This document shows positions 22,196 to 33,143 of a stretch of 64,000 bases of DNA, in pieces (the stretch's first letter is position 1; each line of letters opens with the position of its first letter). The stretch is taken from positions 372,001 through 436,000 of the forward strand of contig BCGN01000005.1 of the NCBI GenBank assembly GCA_001599295.1, read 5' to 3'. Below the pieces are notes generated by a model. The model saw only the letters and a program-made list of their open reading frames with translations. It was not told where the DNA came from and did no database searches. This DNA comes from Sporopachydermia quercuum (Eukaryota). The position numbers and the translations under genes are program-made.

Positions 22196-23752
22196 TCACA
22201 AGTTTCCTCTTTTCCTTTGTTCGTACTCAATTGATTCAAACAAGGTTTTGAAGTTACCTGCACCGAAGCCATCAAAATTATGTCTTTCAATATACTCGAA
22301 GAATACTGTTGGTCTATCCATCAAAGGTCGTGTGAAGATTTGTAGAAGATATCCCTCCTCATCAAAGTCAATAAGAATACGCCTTGCTTTCAGCTCATCC
22401 ACAAACTCATCAGTTGATAAGTTCGAGTGAAGAGGGTTTTTGATCTTGAAAACATTCTGACGTTTTGAGTTGGCCAACTTAGTCTTCAAAGTCTTGTAGT
22501 ATGTTTCAGGAACCTTGTTGAACTCCACTCCTCTATACTTCAAACGATCTACAATTGTAAAAATATCATCTACTAGAAGAGCAATATGTTGTACGCCCGG
22601 ACCATTATTATAGTCAATAAATTCTTCAATTTGAGATTTTCGAATTCCTTCAGCTGGCTCATTAATTGGCATTTTCACGAGTTCGTTGGGACTTGACATG
22701 ACGGTGGATCTCAATGATGAGAATTTGGTTGAGATAGTCTCTTCATCAACTGACCAGTATTTCTTAAACGAAAACATGTTGTGATATTCCGAACTTGCTT
22801 GTTCCATATCATTCCAATCCACATTTTGAACTACGTGATCGATTCTTTTGTACTCAAGATCTTGCAAATGATTATATATATTAGTGTCAGCCAAATCTTC
22901 ATGTTCAGCTGAGCCGATATAACCAGGTAGAAAATTATTAGAATTGTAGTTGGATCTGTCAATGAAAGTGTGCGTGATATCACCCCATCCAGCAACACGA
23001 GCTATTATGACATAGTTTTCAGATGTACCATCTTTCCAGAGAGTAGGCTTTATTAAGGCTTTTGCACCATTAGTTACAGCTCTTTTGAAAGCCAAGTGAA
23101 CATCACCTACTTTGAAGGCCACATCTTTCACAGAATCTCCGTGCTTCTATTAGTATATGAAGAAATAAATCAATGTTAGTGTCTTTTCATAAGCAATGTA
23201 TCAGTTCCATCTTTTTATATCACAAGGTTATTGTACCTGAAGAAAGGCCTTGATATCACCTGTTTCGTTTAGTTCGTCGTATGATTCATCAGGATTGTCC
23301 TCGCTNTCAGAAATGGAATCCAGCTCTGAACTGAGGCGCCTCTTTTTGTGGTTTGTTCCTTTTCTCATGTATCTATCCACTATCCAATTTTCTTCAACAG
23401 AATCCAATGGTTGTAACAATCCAACGAAGCACATTACAATATTGCTATTTGCCACGGTATGGCATACAATGTCCCTTGATCCAGTTTCTAAGCCTTTGTA
23501 GGCCCAGGCTTTGAATCCATATTTTGTAATCAAAGCATCTGCTGCTTGTTTAGGATTGTTTACGTACCAAGTAACAAAGTCATAATCAACCACCAAACTA
23601 TCATCGAACCCCTCTCCGTCTTCCTCTTGATAGTTCCTGTGATCCACCTCAGACTTTTCGATCTCGCTCTCTTGGCTAAAAGGATCATCAAGGTTGCCAT
23701 TACCATCCTTGTCACTTATATTTGAGATATTTGTATTGTAATATCGACCCAT
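22196..23752 (-). CDS. HPD: 4-hydroxyphenylpyruvate dioxygenase, 2 exons: 23752-23237 and 23146-22196
   Basis: 'AYKGLETGSR', 'IDHVVQN', 'KMPINEPA..RKSQIEEF..YN.GPGVQHIAL', 'GYLLQIFT.P..DRPTVFFE.IER...GFGAGNFK.LFE.IE.EQ..RGNL'. Intron 23236-23147 (GTACAA...CACTAAC...TAG) joins AFLQ|KHGDSVKDVAF in frame. Confidence 0.93.
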
Positions 23753-25563
23753 TATTTCTAATTTATCGTGCAATTTTCAAGATTCTTTAGCATATGTTCC
23801 TAGTAGTATGAAACCTAACAATAGCGATTTTCCTATTTTTACACTACGGCTTAAATCCACCTTCAATGGTACCTTCCATCTCTTTTCGCTGGGAATCAAA
23901 AAANCATAGAGAAAAGAAAGAGAGATAAACAAAAACCATTCCTTTTTGCAGTTCACTTGTTGATTTCACAAAAGAAAATAATGGCATGTTTACCATGATT
24001 TTGTGATTGGGAAGGTCACAGCATTTCTGTAGCTACTGCAACCAGATCAAAAACGAGCAGTTAAACCTCTGAAACACTACTAATCAATCAACACAGTAAT
24101 TACGATTCAGAGGAACATCAACAATGAATCCATTGTTAGATTCAATTTATTCGAAATGGGTCCTTTCAATTGTCTACCCATCCACCACCTCAAAATAGGC
24201 ATCACATCACATATGGCTCAAAAAGGAATTATGAAAATTATTCAGGCACTGAGAAAAAAGGTTTATTTCTGCGATGCCAGTTATAAACTCTATTCAGAAC
24301 TTTGAAAGTTCTTGGATTAATAGTTGATGAAGGGAGTGAATAGTCAATTAATGTAGAGGAACTAATGCAGTGGTAAATAAGCTATGGGTAGTGATAGTTT
24401 ACAAAAAAGGGTTGGGAACGAGAAAAAGTGTTATAGATGTAACTGGATTATACAGTTCTAGTGCCTCAACCTCGAAACTGAATGAAAGCAGGATACCATC
24501 ATCTGAACGTGAATCAATCAACGTCAAAAGATGAGTTATAAAGCTATACAGTTACCATATCAATTGATCTTGCATTGTTGCAAGTAATAGAATGATTGCT
24601 TCAATTCTTTTGTTACCCCATACATAGCATGACTTAGAACTTCTGTCAAGCACTTTGCTGGGCACTTGAACAGCCAACTCTAAAACAAAGCGACACATCT
24701 CTCTAGCTCTAGCGGTCTTACTTTCTTGTACAAGGAAAAGTAAGGTGCTCAACTTCTCAACTGATTGACTATCTCTAAAACAATGAAGATCATCAAATGT
24801 CTCTCAGGTTCCCTTCTGCCTTCTTTTGGTGAACGGACCATCAAATCGTTTCTCCACAACGTTTTCACCTTATTATTCTGGTCGACTATGAGTCATTTCG
24901 GTGTACTTTATCTTATCACGAGAGACCTTTACATGTTCATATTCTTTCCTGGTTATCTTGCATATTTAGAGAAACTTTATTTCTGCAAGCAGCTATCGAA
25001 CCATTAATTCCTTTTTGACTTGATTTCCCCATAAAGACAATTTGATTACAACTGGACAAAGTATAATAATTGATGAGAGTCTGTCAGAACTTATTATTGG
25101 CTTTGCTACATACTTCAAAAGTATTGCGAGAGTCACATGTATCTCTTGCATCTGGTTTCCTACTCAGAATGTTTATATCTAACTGACATTCACGTCCTGC
25201 CGATAAACGCAAAGAATTAGTTTAAATCAAATAAAGTTCTAATTAATTAAGATTCAAAACGTTATTTCCAGATCTCGAAATTTTAAAAGTGAAAAAATTT
25301 CATAGTAAAAAGAGAAGGCGATAAAAAACCATCAAAGTCATAAGTAGATAGTTAATTGAAAGAATAAATATTCTTCCTTTCAATCATAACTACAAACTTA
25401 ACCAATATTATAAACCATAGTGGAAACTACCAAGAATAAGTTATATTTAGCTGGAGGTTGAATAACAAACATATGGGAGTCCTTAGGAAAACTTGAACGC
25501 ACTATATTTATCACAAGTGATAGCTTACATCAAGCAATAGAGAAGCTGAGGGGTTAGAGGTGA

Positions 25564-27318
25564 ATGCGATTTAGAACTAATAATAAGAAGTCCACAATGA
25601 GTTCAAGCACTCAAGTTCAGCTTTTCTCTCTGAATCTGAGTATCATATCAATTCCCATCGATAAATATCAGTACTTTTTGTCGCCAATTTTGAAATTGAT
25701 ATTGGGAACATGGAAGGGAGATATTCACAGTTTAGTTCGCAAACAGAAACGAAGCCAATGGCAGAAAAAGCATTCAGGCAAATCCAGTCCTAAATTTGGT
25801 CAGTATCAAAGCGAGCAAAATGATGATCTGGACAGTTTATCCTCCTATACAGATGGTCAACAAAGCCTTTTTGATAATGAGACTTCAGATAACGAATACG
25901 ATGAGTTGAATGGTCGTAGTTTTTCTTCAGATGAAGAAACCATTGACCAAGAAAGAAGTAAGAAACGCATGAGCGGGTCCATGTATTCGAATGCAGGTTC
26001 TACATCAGGGGAGACATCCAATATAGTCAACGGACTAGACAATTTTCATCTACACGCTGATACCTCCAGTATTAATGACACCAGAGAAGGTGCGGATGAT
26101 CAAACGAATGTCACTGAGAATGCTGCTGGTGAGAATTCTGATAATGCCAATGAAACGGCAAAATTATCTGAAGAGTCTAAGCCTTATCATGATTTAATGA
26201 AATTAGTTCAACAAGAGGACAATTTTGTTCATTTATCTATAAGTCCTTTAGAATGCTGTATTATTTTACCTACACCACTAGTTGATTTCATATTTGGTAA
26301 CCATTTAAAAACTTTGGGTCCGGCAACAGATACACAAGTTTTGACCAAAGAGTATATTACTTTTCAAATTCACTGTGATGGCATGGATGAGGGTCAACGA
26401 GTATTAGAACTTACAGCACCTTTAGCTAATGAAGGAATTCCTTTGTATTTCATTACAACATACTTTTCAGATTATGTGTTGGTTCCATCTGAAGTGAAAG
26501 AGAAAGTAGTTCGTACTTTGGAGAATTCGGGTTTCCAGTTCTCTGACTTATCCAATTCTTATGTGTCAATCGCGCAACCTTCTTCTTCAACAGCTTCCAA
26601 CAAACATGAAATAGCTACGGCAAATGGTCATTATTCGTTACGCCGAGATTACCTAGACAACTCATATACTTCCACTTCGACTGCCTCCTCAAAATCAGTG
26701 TCTTATTCACCTACGCTCGAAGCCAAAACTTTTGATATGTTTTATAATTCTGGAGTTCAACCAATTGTAGAACTCAACACTAAGCTTGTACTTACGGCAA
26801 CTAGGGTTTCATCTTCATCTCCACTGTCATCATTGGCCATTCACGATTCCGGTTTGGTCACACAAATCATAACGATATTACTATCCTCGCCAAAGTACTT
26901 TTCTTTAACTGTTGCCAACGATCTTGAAACATCATTACTACTAGACAGCAAAACAGTGAAAGAATTTCCCGACAACTTACTTATAGGATCATTACGTGAT
27001 TATGTTATTCCTATTTTCTTTGATCTACGGTCGTTACCCTTGGAATCAACAGGTATAGTTGCTGGTGTGGCATCTCGGCTGTTAAGATCGTCAGCTGTTA
27101 CAGAAGAAGCAGATAAGGCCGATAAGGCAGGAGAAAAGTCGTCTTATGATAGCTCTTTCTCCTCCTTCAACCATGGCAAAGGAGGAATCAACATGAATTA
27201 CCTATCTACTGCAAAAAGTGGAATTGTTATGGTAGCTTATGAAGATGTAAAGCTGGCCATAAAAGCTTTACAAGAGTTTGAGAATGACTACCCAAATTAC
27301 CCTGAGACCCTCAAATGA
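25564..27318 (+). CDS. CASTOR/GATS-type ACT-domain protein
   Basis: 'FVHLSISPLECCIILP', 'RVLELTAPLANEGIPLYFITTYFSDYVLVP', 'FSLT......TSLLL', 'DLRSLPLESTGIVAGVA..L', 'MNYLSTAKSG' are repeated ACT_7-like units. Start is 25564 or 25597. Confidence 0.75.
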   Translation: MRFRTNNKKSTMSSSTQVQLFSLNLSIISIPIDKYQYFLSPILKLILGTWKGDIHSLVRKQKRSQWQKKHSGKSSPKFGQYQSEQNDDLDSLSSYTDGQQSLFDNETSDNEYDELNGRSFSSDEETIDQERSKKRMSGSMYSNAGSTSGETSNIVNGLDNFHLHADTSSINDTREGADDQTNVTENAAGENSDNANETAKLSEESKPYHDLMKLVQQEDNFVHLSISPLECCIILPTPLVDFIFGNHLKTLGPATDTQVLTKEYITFQIHCDGMDEGQRVLELTAPLANEGIPLYFITTYFSDYVLVPSEVKEKVVRTLENSGFQFSDLSNSYVSIAQPSSSTASNKHEIATANGHYSLRRDYLDNSYTSTSTASSKSVSYSPTLEAKTFDMFYNSGVQPIVELNTKLVLTATRVSSSSPLSSLAIHDSGLVTQIITILLSSPKYFSLTVANDLETSLLLDSKTVKEFPDNLLIGSLRDYVIPIFFDLRSLPLESTGIVAGVASRLLRSSAVTEEADKADKAGEKSSYDSSFSSFNHGKGGINMNYLSTAKSGIVMVAYEDVKLAIKALQEFENDYPNYPETLK

Positions 27319-27606
27319 TCAAAAAAAACTCTCAGCAGTTAAGGTACAGTGTATACATATATAATATCCAATGTTATTAAAAAGGTGGGTGCCAATCTCT
27401 TTTCTTCATATTTGTAGTTTTTTGGCTATCAATGCAATGTAATGTTGATGGCCAATAGACCTCACCAAATCAGGCAAAGACCTAACCTACACAATAATAG
27501 GAGATTATATAGATCACTTTTCAAGCAAGGGAAAATTACGGAAATTATCTGGGTTAAACATATTGTCACACCAAGTTTCTTGTCATATGTCACATGCATA
27601 CACCAA

Positions 27607-27614
27607 TTACCCGG
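27607..27614 (+). promoter_or_regulatory. Reb1-like site TTACCCGG upstream of LSM2
   Basis: Exact consensus about 200 nt upstream of the ATG. A second copy at 39893-39900 lies in the NCL1/HRD1-like divergent promoter. Confidence 0.4.
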
Positions 27615-27805
27615 ACAGCACTCAATATACTGTTCTCTTCCATTCTGTAACACTATGAACTATCACATAGCAATTATGAAAGGTGAAATATCAAACAGTA
27701 ACCAGCCGAATATCATCTTGCTTCTGCTGATCCAGCAAAAACATATAAGGAAAAAACATAAAATCAACAATAAATAATCAATAGTATTAACATATTTTAT
27801 GCACA

Positions 27806-28527
27806 ATGCTGTTTTTTTCTTTTTTCAAAACCCTAGTGGACCAAACAGTACGTGTGAATGCGATTCCTAATTGGATATCTCCATAGTGACACCTTTTCAT
27901 GGATATCAACTGTTAGGAACAATAAAATAGTTCCTATACTTTATGAGCTACTAACAGACGATAATAGGTGAAAGTTGAGGTACGAATATTGTGTTGGAAA
28001 TTTCAGACTACCAATTGTTATTTAAAGTGAAGGAGACATTCTAGAATGAAGACGAACAACTAATCATCATAATCTTTAGCTCAAAAATGATGTTGTGATC
28101 CAAGGAACGTTGAAGTCAGTGGACCAATATTTCAATATCAAATTAGAAAATATAGGTGTTGTGAACGAAGGACAGTATCCTCATCTCGTATGTTAACCCC
28201 AAAAAGAGAGGTTTGCAACATGATTTCGAGGTGATCGAATCACTTGTTTATTGCATTTCTCTTATTTATTACAATCAACAGAACCATCAATTCTAACAAT
28301 GACATCCAGAGTTCAGTGAAAAATGTGTTTTTAAGAGGTTCCATGGTGAGGTATATTCATCTTGATCCGTCAACTGTTGATATACCTTTATTAGAAGACG
28401 CTACAAGAAGAGGTATGTATTTTCGTCCCAGATTAACAATCTATTCTGAAACTATGGGCAATTTACTAACCTTTACTTTCCAAATATAGAATCATTAGCA
28501 GCATCTGGCCAAAATCTAGGACGATAG
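27806..28527 (+). CDS. LSM2: Sm-like protein Lsm2, 5 exons: 27806-27847, 27968-27979, 28080-28187, 28310-28412, 28490-28527
   Basis: Spliced product MLFFSFFKTLVDQT|VKVE|LKNDVVIQGTLKSVDQYFNIKLENIGVVNEGQYPHL|SSVKNVFLRGSMVRYIHLDPSTVDIPLLEDATRR(E)|SLAASGQNLGR* (100 aa). All four introns have GT..AG ends and CTAAY branch points. Confidence 0.95.
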
Positions 28528-28662
28528 ATGTTTTATAACTCAGTCATGATTATGTATAATACAATTTTTATTAACTATCAATCCTTCAGAACCAAAATGC
28601 TCTGAACCTCCCCAAAATAAACCCTGAACAAATCCCATTCTCAAGAAATAAAACCGACTACA

Positions 28663-29778
28663 CTACATCTCACTTCCGTCATCATCCACGTTTTGGTTGT
28701 CGTTCGCATTATCATCATAATAATCATCACCTTCTTCATCGAAATCAATGCTTTCTTCCTGATCTCTGGCTTTCTTAACATCCTCTAAAGTCGTTCTGAA
28801 TATCTCCTGAACTTCAAGCGAATCCATTGGCTCTGTAAACAAGGCAAAGGTATCTTTCTCATTCAACTCAGCATTCACTAACTCCTCAACTACAACACCT
28901 AGTGCCAAGATAGCAGTCTCATCGCAGTTACCAAAAAACATATCATTTTCTTCGGGTACCTCAATCCATTTACTAGGTTTTCTTTTTCTTGGATTGCTGT
29001 TTTCGTTCTCTTCTGAATCGTCATCGCTATCTCTTTCGCCTTCTCCTTCTACACGAAAATCCCGCTTTCTACGTAGAATGCAAGTCTCTCTTACAGCTAC
29101 AACTCGCGATCCCCTTTTTATACGTTTCCGTGAATACAACTTGTTCACCTCGTTTTCATATACTCTTGACGAATAGTATTGCAGTGACTTCAATAAATCA
29201 GCATCAGGTAGATCTTCGTGTTCTACTATTGGAATGTCACGTTCAAAATTATATGCGTTGGCCAAAACTGATGTCCAGGGTTTAATTGAGTAGTCCTTAT
29301 TCACGTCGTCAGTAAGATCAACTAATATAGGATTGCTTCGATGAAACATTAGTTGCTTCACATATTCCTGAATATCATTCTTTCCCACTAGACCTTGTTT
29401 GGCACTGCCATGAATAGAACGATTTAATCGTAAATCATCTTTCCATCGAGCAAGCCTTTTTGCATAAGAATCTACTCGGATTTGCTCTGTAGTTATATCA
29501 TTAATACACTGATATCCCCAGAACAATGACAGTAGTTCATCTGGTGAAAAGGGTGCTCCCAGGTTACTGTAGTTACTGTAATCAGACTCCATTGCTGCCA
29601 AATAGACAGTATCTTCTGGATTGAACAGCTCATTATTACCACCTCTTACTTTTTTAATTAATCTTTTCAAATCGGGCCTTGTGTTCACAGTGTCCCTGTA
29701 TACACCAGTTATTGCTTCATAAATGGTGTACTTCTCTGGAGTATCTAAAGGATTTTTACTGTTTACCTCAAGAACCAT
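28663..29778 (-). CDS. RRN10: RNA polymerase I upstream activation factor subunit Rrn10-like
   Basis: 'TIYEAITG', 'SPDELL', 'LPDADLLKSLQYYSS', 'GNCDETAILALGVVVEELV' parallel Rrn10 motifs (NVYEA / SADEVL / IPDIDLRVVHYYA / FDETSLITLGLLIE). Adjacent to LSM2, as in S. cerevisiae. First ATG is 29778. Confidence 0.7.
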   Translation of the reverse strand: MVLEVNSKNPLDTPEKYTIYEAITGVYRDTVNTRPDLKRLIKKVRGGNNELFNPEDTVYLAAMESDYSNYSNLGAPFSPDELLSLFWGYQCINDITTEQIRVDSYAKRLARWKDDLRLNRSIHGSAKQGLVGKNDIQEYVKQLMFHRSNPILVDLTDDVNKDYSIKPWTSVLANAYNFERDIPIVEHEDLPDADLLKSLQYYSSRVYENEVNKLYSRKRIKRGSRVVAVRETCILRRKRDFRVEGEGERDSDDDSEENENSNPRKRKPSKWIEVPEENDMFFGNCDETAILALGVVVEELVNAELNEKDTFALFTEPMDSLEVQEIFRTTLEDVKKARDQEESIDFDEEGDDYYDDNANDNQNVDDDGSEM

Positions 29779-29818
29779 ATTCTCTTGGATTTCACAGGAG
29801 TTTATGAGAGCATACAAA

Positions 29819-29894
29819 CTATATATGTTAGATCATGATACGAGAAAAAGAACAAGAAACTCAAGAATGATTTTCATAACAATGCAGTACATAC
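29819..29894 (-). other. Probable 5'-UTR intron of the RRN10-like gene
   Basis: GTATGT (29894) ... ATCTAAC ... ATATAG (29819), 76 nt. The upstream exon has no in-frame ATG before a TGA. Confidence 0.6.
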
Positions 29895-30280
29895 ATTGGA
29901 AACAAGTGAAAAGGAATCACAAGAGTAAAGAGCTGAAAATGATTTTGTTGATGGAGAAGGAAAACTCAGGGGGAACCCGTATGTTATTATATCCGTTATT
30001 TTGTTTATCAAGAAAAACTTACAAGATGGCATGTATTCAGTTTAAAGGGTAGATGTATTAGTTTTTAAACAATACAACTGTACTGAATATTTATTTTAAA
30101 CGAGATTTATAGTGAGTTTTTCTATTAATGCTTTCTGCTTTGTTTATTTACTGTATAATTATGATTTATAAGGTTGTACCCCACCAGACGATTTTGATAA
30201 TCCGGAAACCCGAATTATGACAGTTATATCCGATTTTTATCAATAGCGGAAATGGTGATGATTCATTACTTGATAAACCC

Positions 30281-31861
30281 TTAGCAATTGTCTATCTTAT
30301 TTTTATAGAACCCCACGTATTTTTCCCAATTTGACTGTACAATTGTTGCTGCTTCTTCTAAAGTCCACCCTTTTACTAGTCTTATAATATGAAGCATTTG
30401 AATTAGCTTGTATCTCTNACATACCAAAATCAGGTCCTTATCATCAGGCTTACCGTGTTGCTCGAAGCTCAAATCCAGAGGTTCCAAGGGGTCTTCAGTT
30501 TGCATTCTCCACTCAGCCTCTGATATAACATTAGCTGAATTATAATTTGATTTTGAATTTGGTAAAGATACTAACAGTATACCAAGATCTAAAGGGTAGT
30601 CAGTTTCAACCATAATGGAGTTATCAGGAATGCATCTTATCAAATCTATAATAGGGCTGCTATCAGTATATTTAGCTATATTAAAAACATGAGACAACGA
30701 AAAGAACAACATAGTGCGAACTCCTTTCTCTTGAAATCTCTCTATCATCTTAGTATACATTTTCACCTGATCTATACTACCAGAGAAAGAATGAAGTGCA
30801 ATAGATTTGAAACAGGTATCTATATCGTTTGATGCAATTCTTTCTTCGATAAATGTCTCAAGCATAGCAAATAACTTTCCATGACATCCAACACCATGTA
30901 CACTTATACTCAATCCAAGATTCCAGGCAAGAACTAAAAACTGACTAAACACTTCTTCCTGATGCTTCATATCTACTTTGAAGTTTGTCATCGGTGATGT
31001 ATGAGGTTCATTTTCATTCATACCTATGTAGAATCCATCCGATGGTATACGAAATAGTTTATCGAGACCAATTTCTCCGATCAGGAAAGGTTCACTGGGA
31101 TGATTCTCCCTAAATGACTTAATCTGCTGAATGATAAGAGATAATGCCATTGGTGGAGGTAACTTATCTATCAATAAGTCCAGTCGTTCCTCATTATTTG
31201 AAAGTTTTTTTGAGACGGGTGTTAGAATTGATTTGTAATGCTCTCTCTTATCTGGTGTTACCTCATTCAAGCTATACAAATGGCAATACCACGGGTGAAT
31301 ACCAAAAGCTGGTATAACTGTCCATAAATCGGTTGATTTCATAGAATCATATATATGAGATACAATCGGAATATCCCAAGCGTTTGTTGACATAATCGTG
31401 AATTTGAAAGCGCATCGCATCAGTTCATGCATCTTATTTGAATCAATTGAACCAGCACTCTTATCTGATATAAATACAGTCCTATTACTTGATCCAATAC
31501 TTATTAAATCATCTATCAATTTGGTGATCCGTGAATCATCAATTATTTTGTCCTGTAGACCATACTTTGTAAGAACACCTAGTTGTGCTGAAAGGTGACA
31601 ATGGGCATCACTAATAAAAAGCTCTTGTGAACTGGAATCGTTAGCTCCAAGAGCTGCTCTCCCAATGAAATCTAAATTGTAACTTTGACCAAAAGACGCA
31701 TTTTCAATGCTTTTGGTATAATTATGATTTACCTGAGGTAAGCTGTAGAAGAATAGTTTAGGATTTTGTTTTCGATTGTGCTTCTTTCTAGAGCTCCCAT
31801 TAAAATTCTCTTCAAGTTCAGAACTTTGATTATCTGTATGCTTGCCTTCTGATTGTCCCAT
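30281..31861 (-). CDS. TatD-family metallohydrolase (YMR262W/Scn1-like)
   Basis: 'DAHCH', 'IMSTN..D', 'PAFGIHPWY', 'IGEIGLDKLFRIP', 'SVHGV', 'LHSFSGS', 'VETDYP'. Confidence 0.85.
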   Translation of the reverse strand: MGQSEGKHTDNQSSELEENFNGSSRKKHNRKQNPKLFFYSLPQVNHNYTKSIENASFGQSYNLDFIGRAALGANDSSSQELFISDAHCHLSAQLGVLTKYGLQDKIIDDSRITKLIDDLISIGSSNRTVFISDKSAGSIDSNKMHELMRCAFKFTIMSTNAWDIPIVSHIYDSMKSTDLWTVIPAFGIHPWYCHLYSLNEVTPDKREHYKSILTPVSKKLSNNEERLDLLIDKLPPPMALSLIIQQIKSFRENHPSEPFLIGEIGLDKLFRIPSDGFYIGMNENEPHTSPMTNFKVDMKHQEEVFSQFLVLAWNLGLSISVHGVGCHGKLFAMLETFIEERIASNDIDTCFKSIALHSFSGSIDQVKMYTKMIERFQEKGVRTMLFFSLSHVFNIAKYTDSSPIIDLIRCIPDNSIMVETDYPLDLGILLVSLPNSKSNYNSANVISEAEWRMQTEDPLEPLDLSFEQHGKPDDKDLILVCXRYKLIQMLHIIRLVKGWTLEEAATIVQSNWEKYVGFYKNKIDNC

Positions 31862-33143
31862 GGTAAGTCATTTATCGTACTCCAAATTCCAGCTTTCAAA
31901 TCGCGATTCTCCACCAGCCTTATAGATCATAACCATGTGAGTGTTCATCTGTATGTGTATTCAAGCTGCAGGTTAGCATCTTCTTTTATGTGATTATTCA
32001 ATCAACCTTGTCTGCACAAGGCCCCTATTCTATTCACACATATATCAAAATCAGTCTCGTGACAAAACCCCACAATCCCTCCTGGCGTCTGATTTACTTC
32101 ATGGATGGAAAATAATCCAAATACCGCAAAAAGAAGATCATTCGTATAACCATGTTTCATTATTCATTCATCAAATCAATCAACTCTCAACCATCACTTA
32201 TGTATAGTATTAAACGATCAGCTAATCAGAAACTTCCCTGACATATCTCTAACATAACCCCCATACTGATCCGGATTCCATCAAATTCCATTTCACGTGC
32301 TCGTGGGCATCACAGAAAACTCGTTTCAACTGTCTCATTTCGTCACCTGCAGTTTGTAAACTCTATTTCCGCTAGTTGTACCTCTATTAATTATGCTTGC
32401 ACAATTAACAAGGTACTATTGTATAATAATTTCTCATCAATCTCATGTATTAAATGATATAAATGATACGACATTGTTTATCAGCAGCTGTTTATTATCT
32501 TGATACTATTGGTTGAATAATTATGGTTTATTTTTGAGTAGTAAAAACAGTTATTATGAAATATCAATTGTTAGAAGTTCTCCAGTGAAGAAAGACTATT
32601 GAATTAAATGATTATTCTAGAAAATCGATTGAGTTTATTGTGCGAACTTGACTTACCTAACTACATATCAGAAGCATTGAGTATATGGTCAAACGGAACA
32701 AAGAGATTAGATCATCCCTTTAATATTTCACCTGTTGATTGAAACCAACAGTTCTCCTTTATATTTTATATCTTGATGTAAAGTATATTGGATCAATTAA
32801 AAGAAAAGCAGAGTATTTGAAGTTCTTTTTGATTGAAACCGTTAATCCTTATTGCAGTATTCCTTTTGATGAAGAAAAATAAGGAGCTGAGAATGATAAT
32901 AGTACTTATGCTATGACGAAAGCATTGACATAACTGCAATACAGTATCATTCACTCAACTGTTATATTGTTAATCGTTACATCGTTATATCTTTCTATCG
33001 TCATAGCGTTTTAGCATTTGACTTTACCTAAACCAAAGATCAACTACAGCATTCTATTCCTGATCTCTTCCACTATCAAACAGTCCCTCAAAGCCTAATC
33101 TATATCCCATTATACTATCATTTACGCTTATACACCAGGTACA

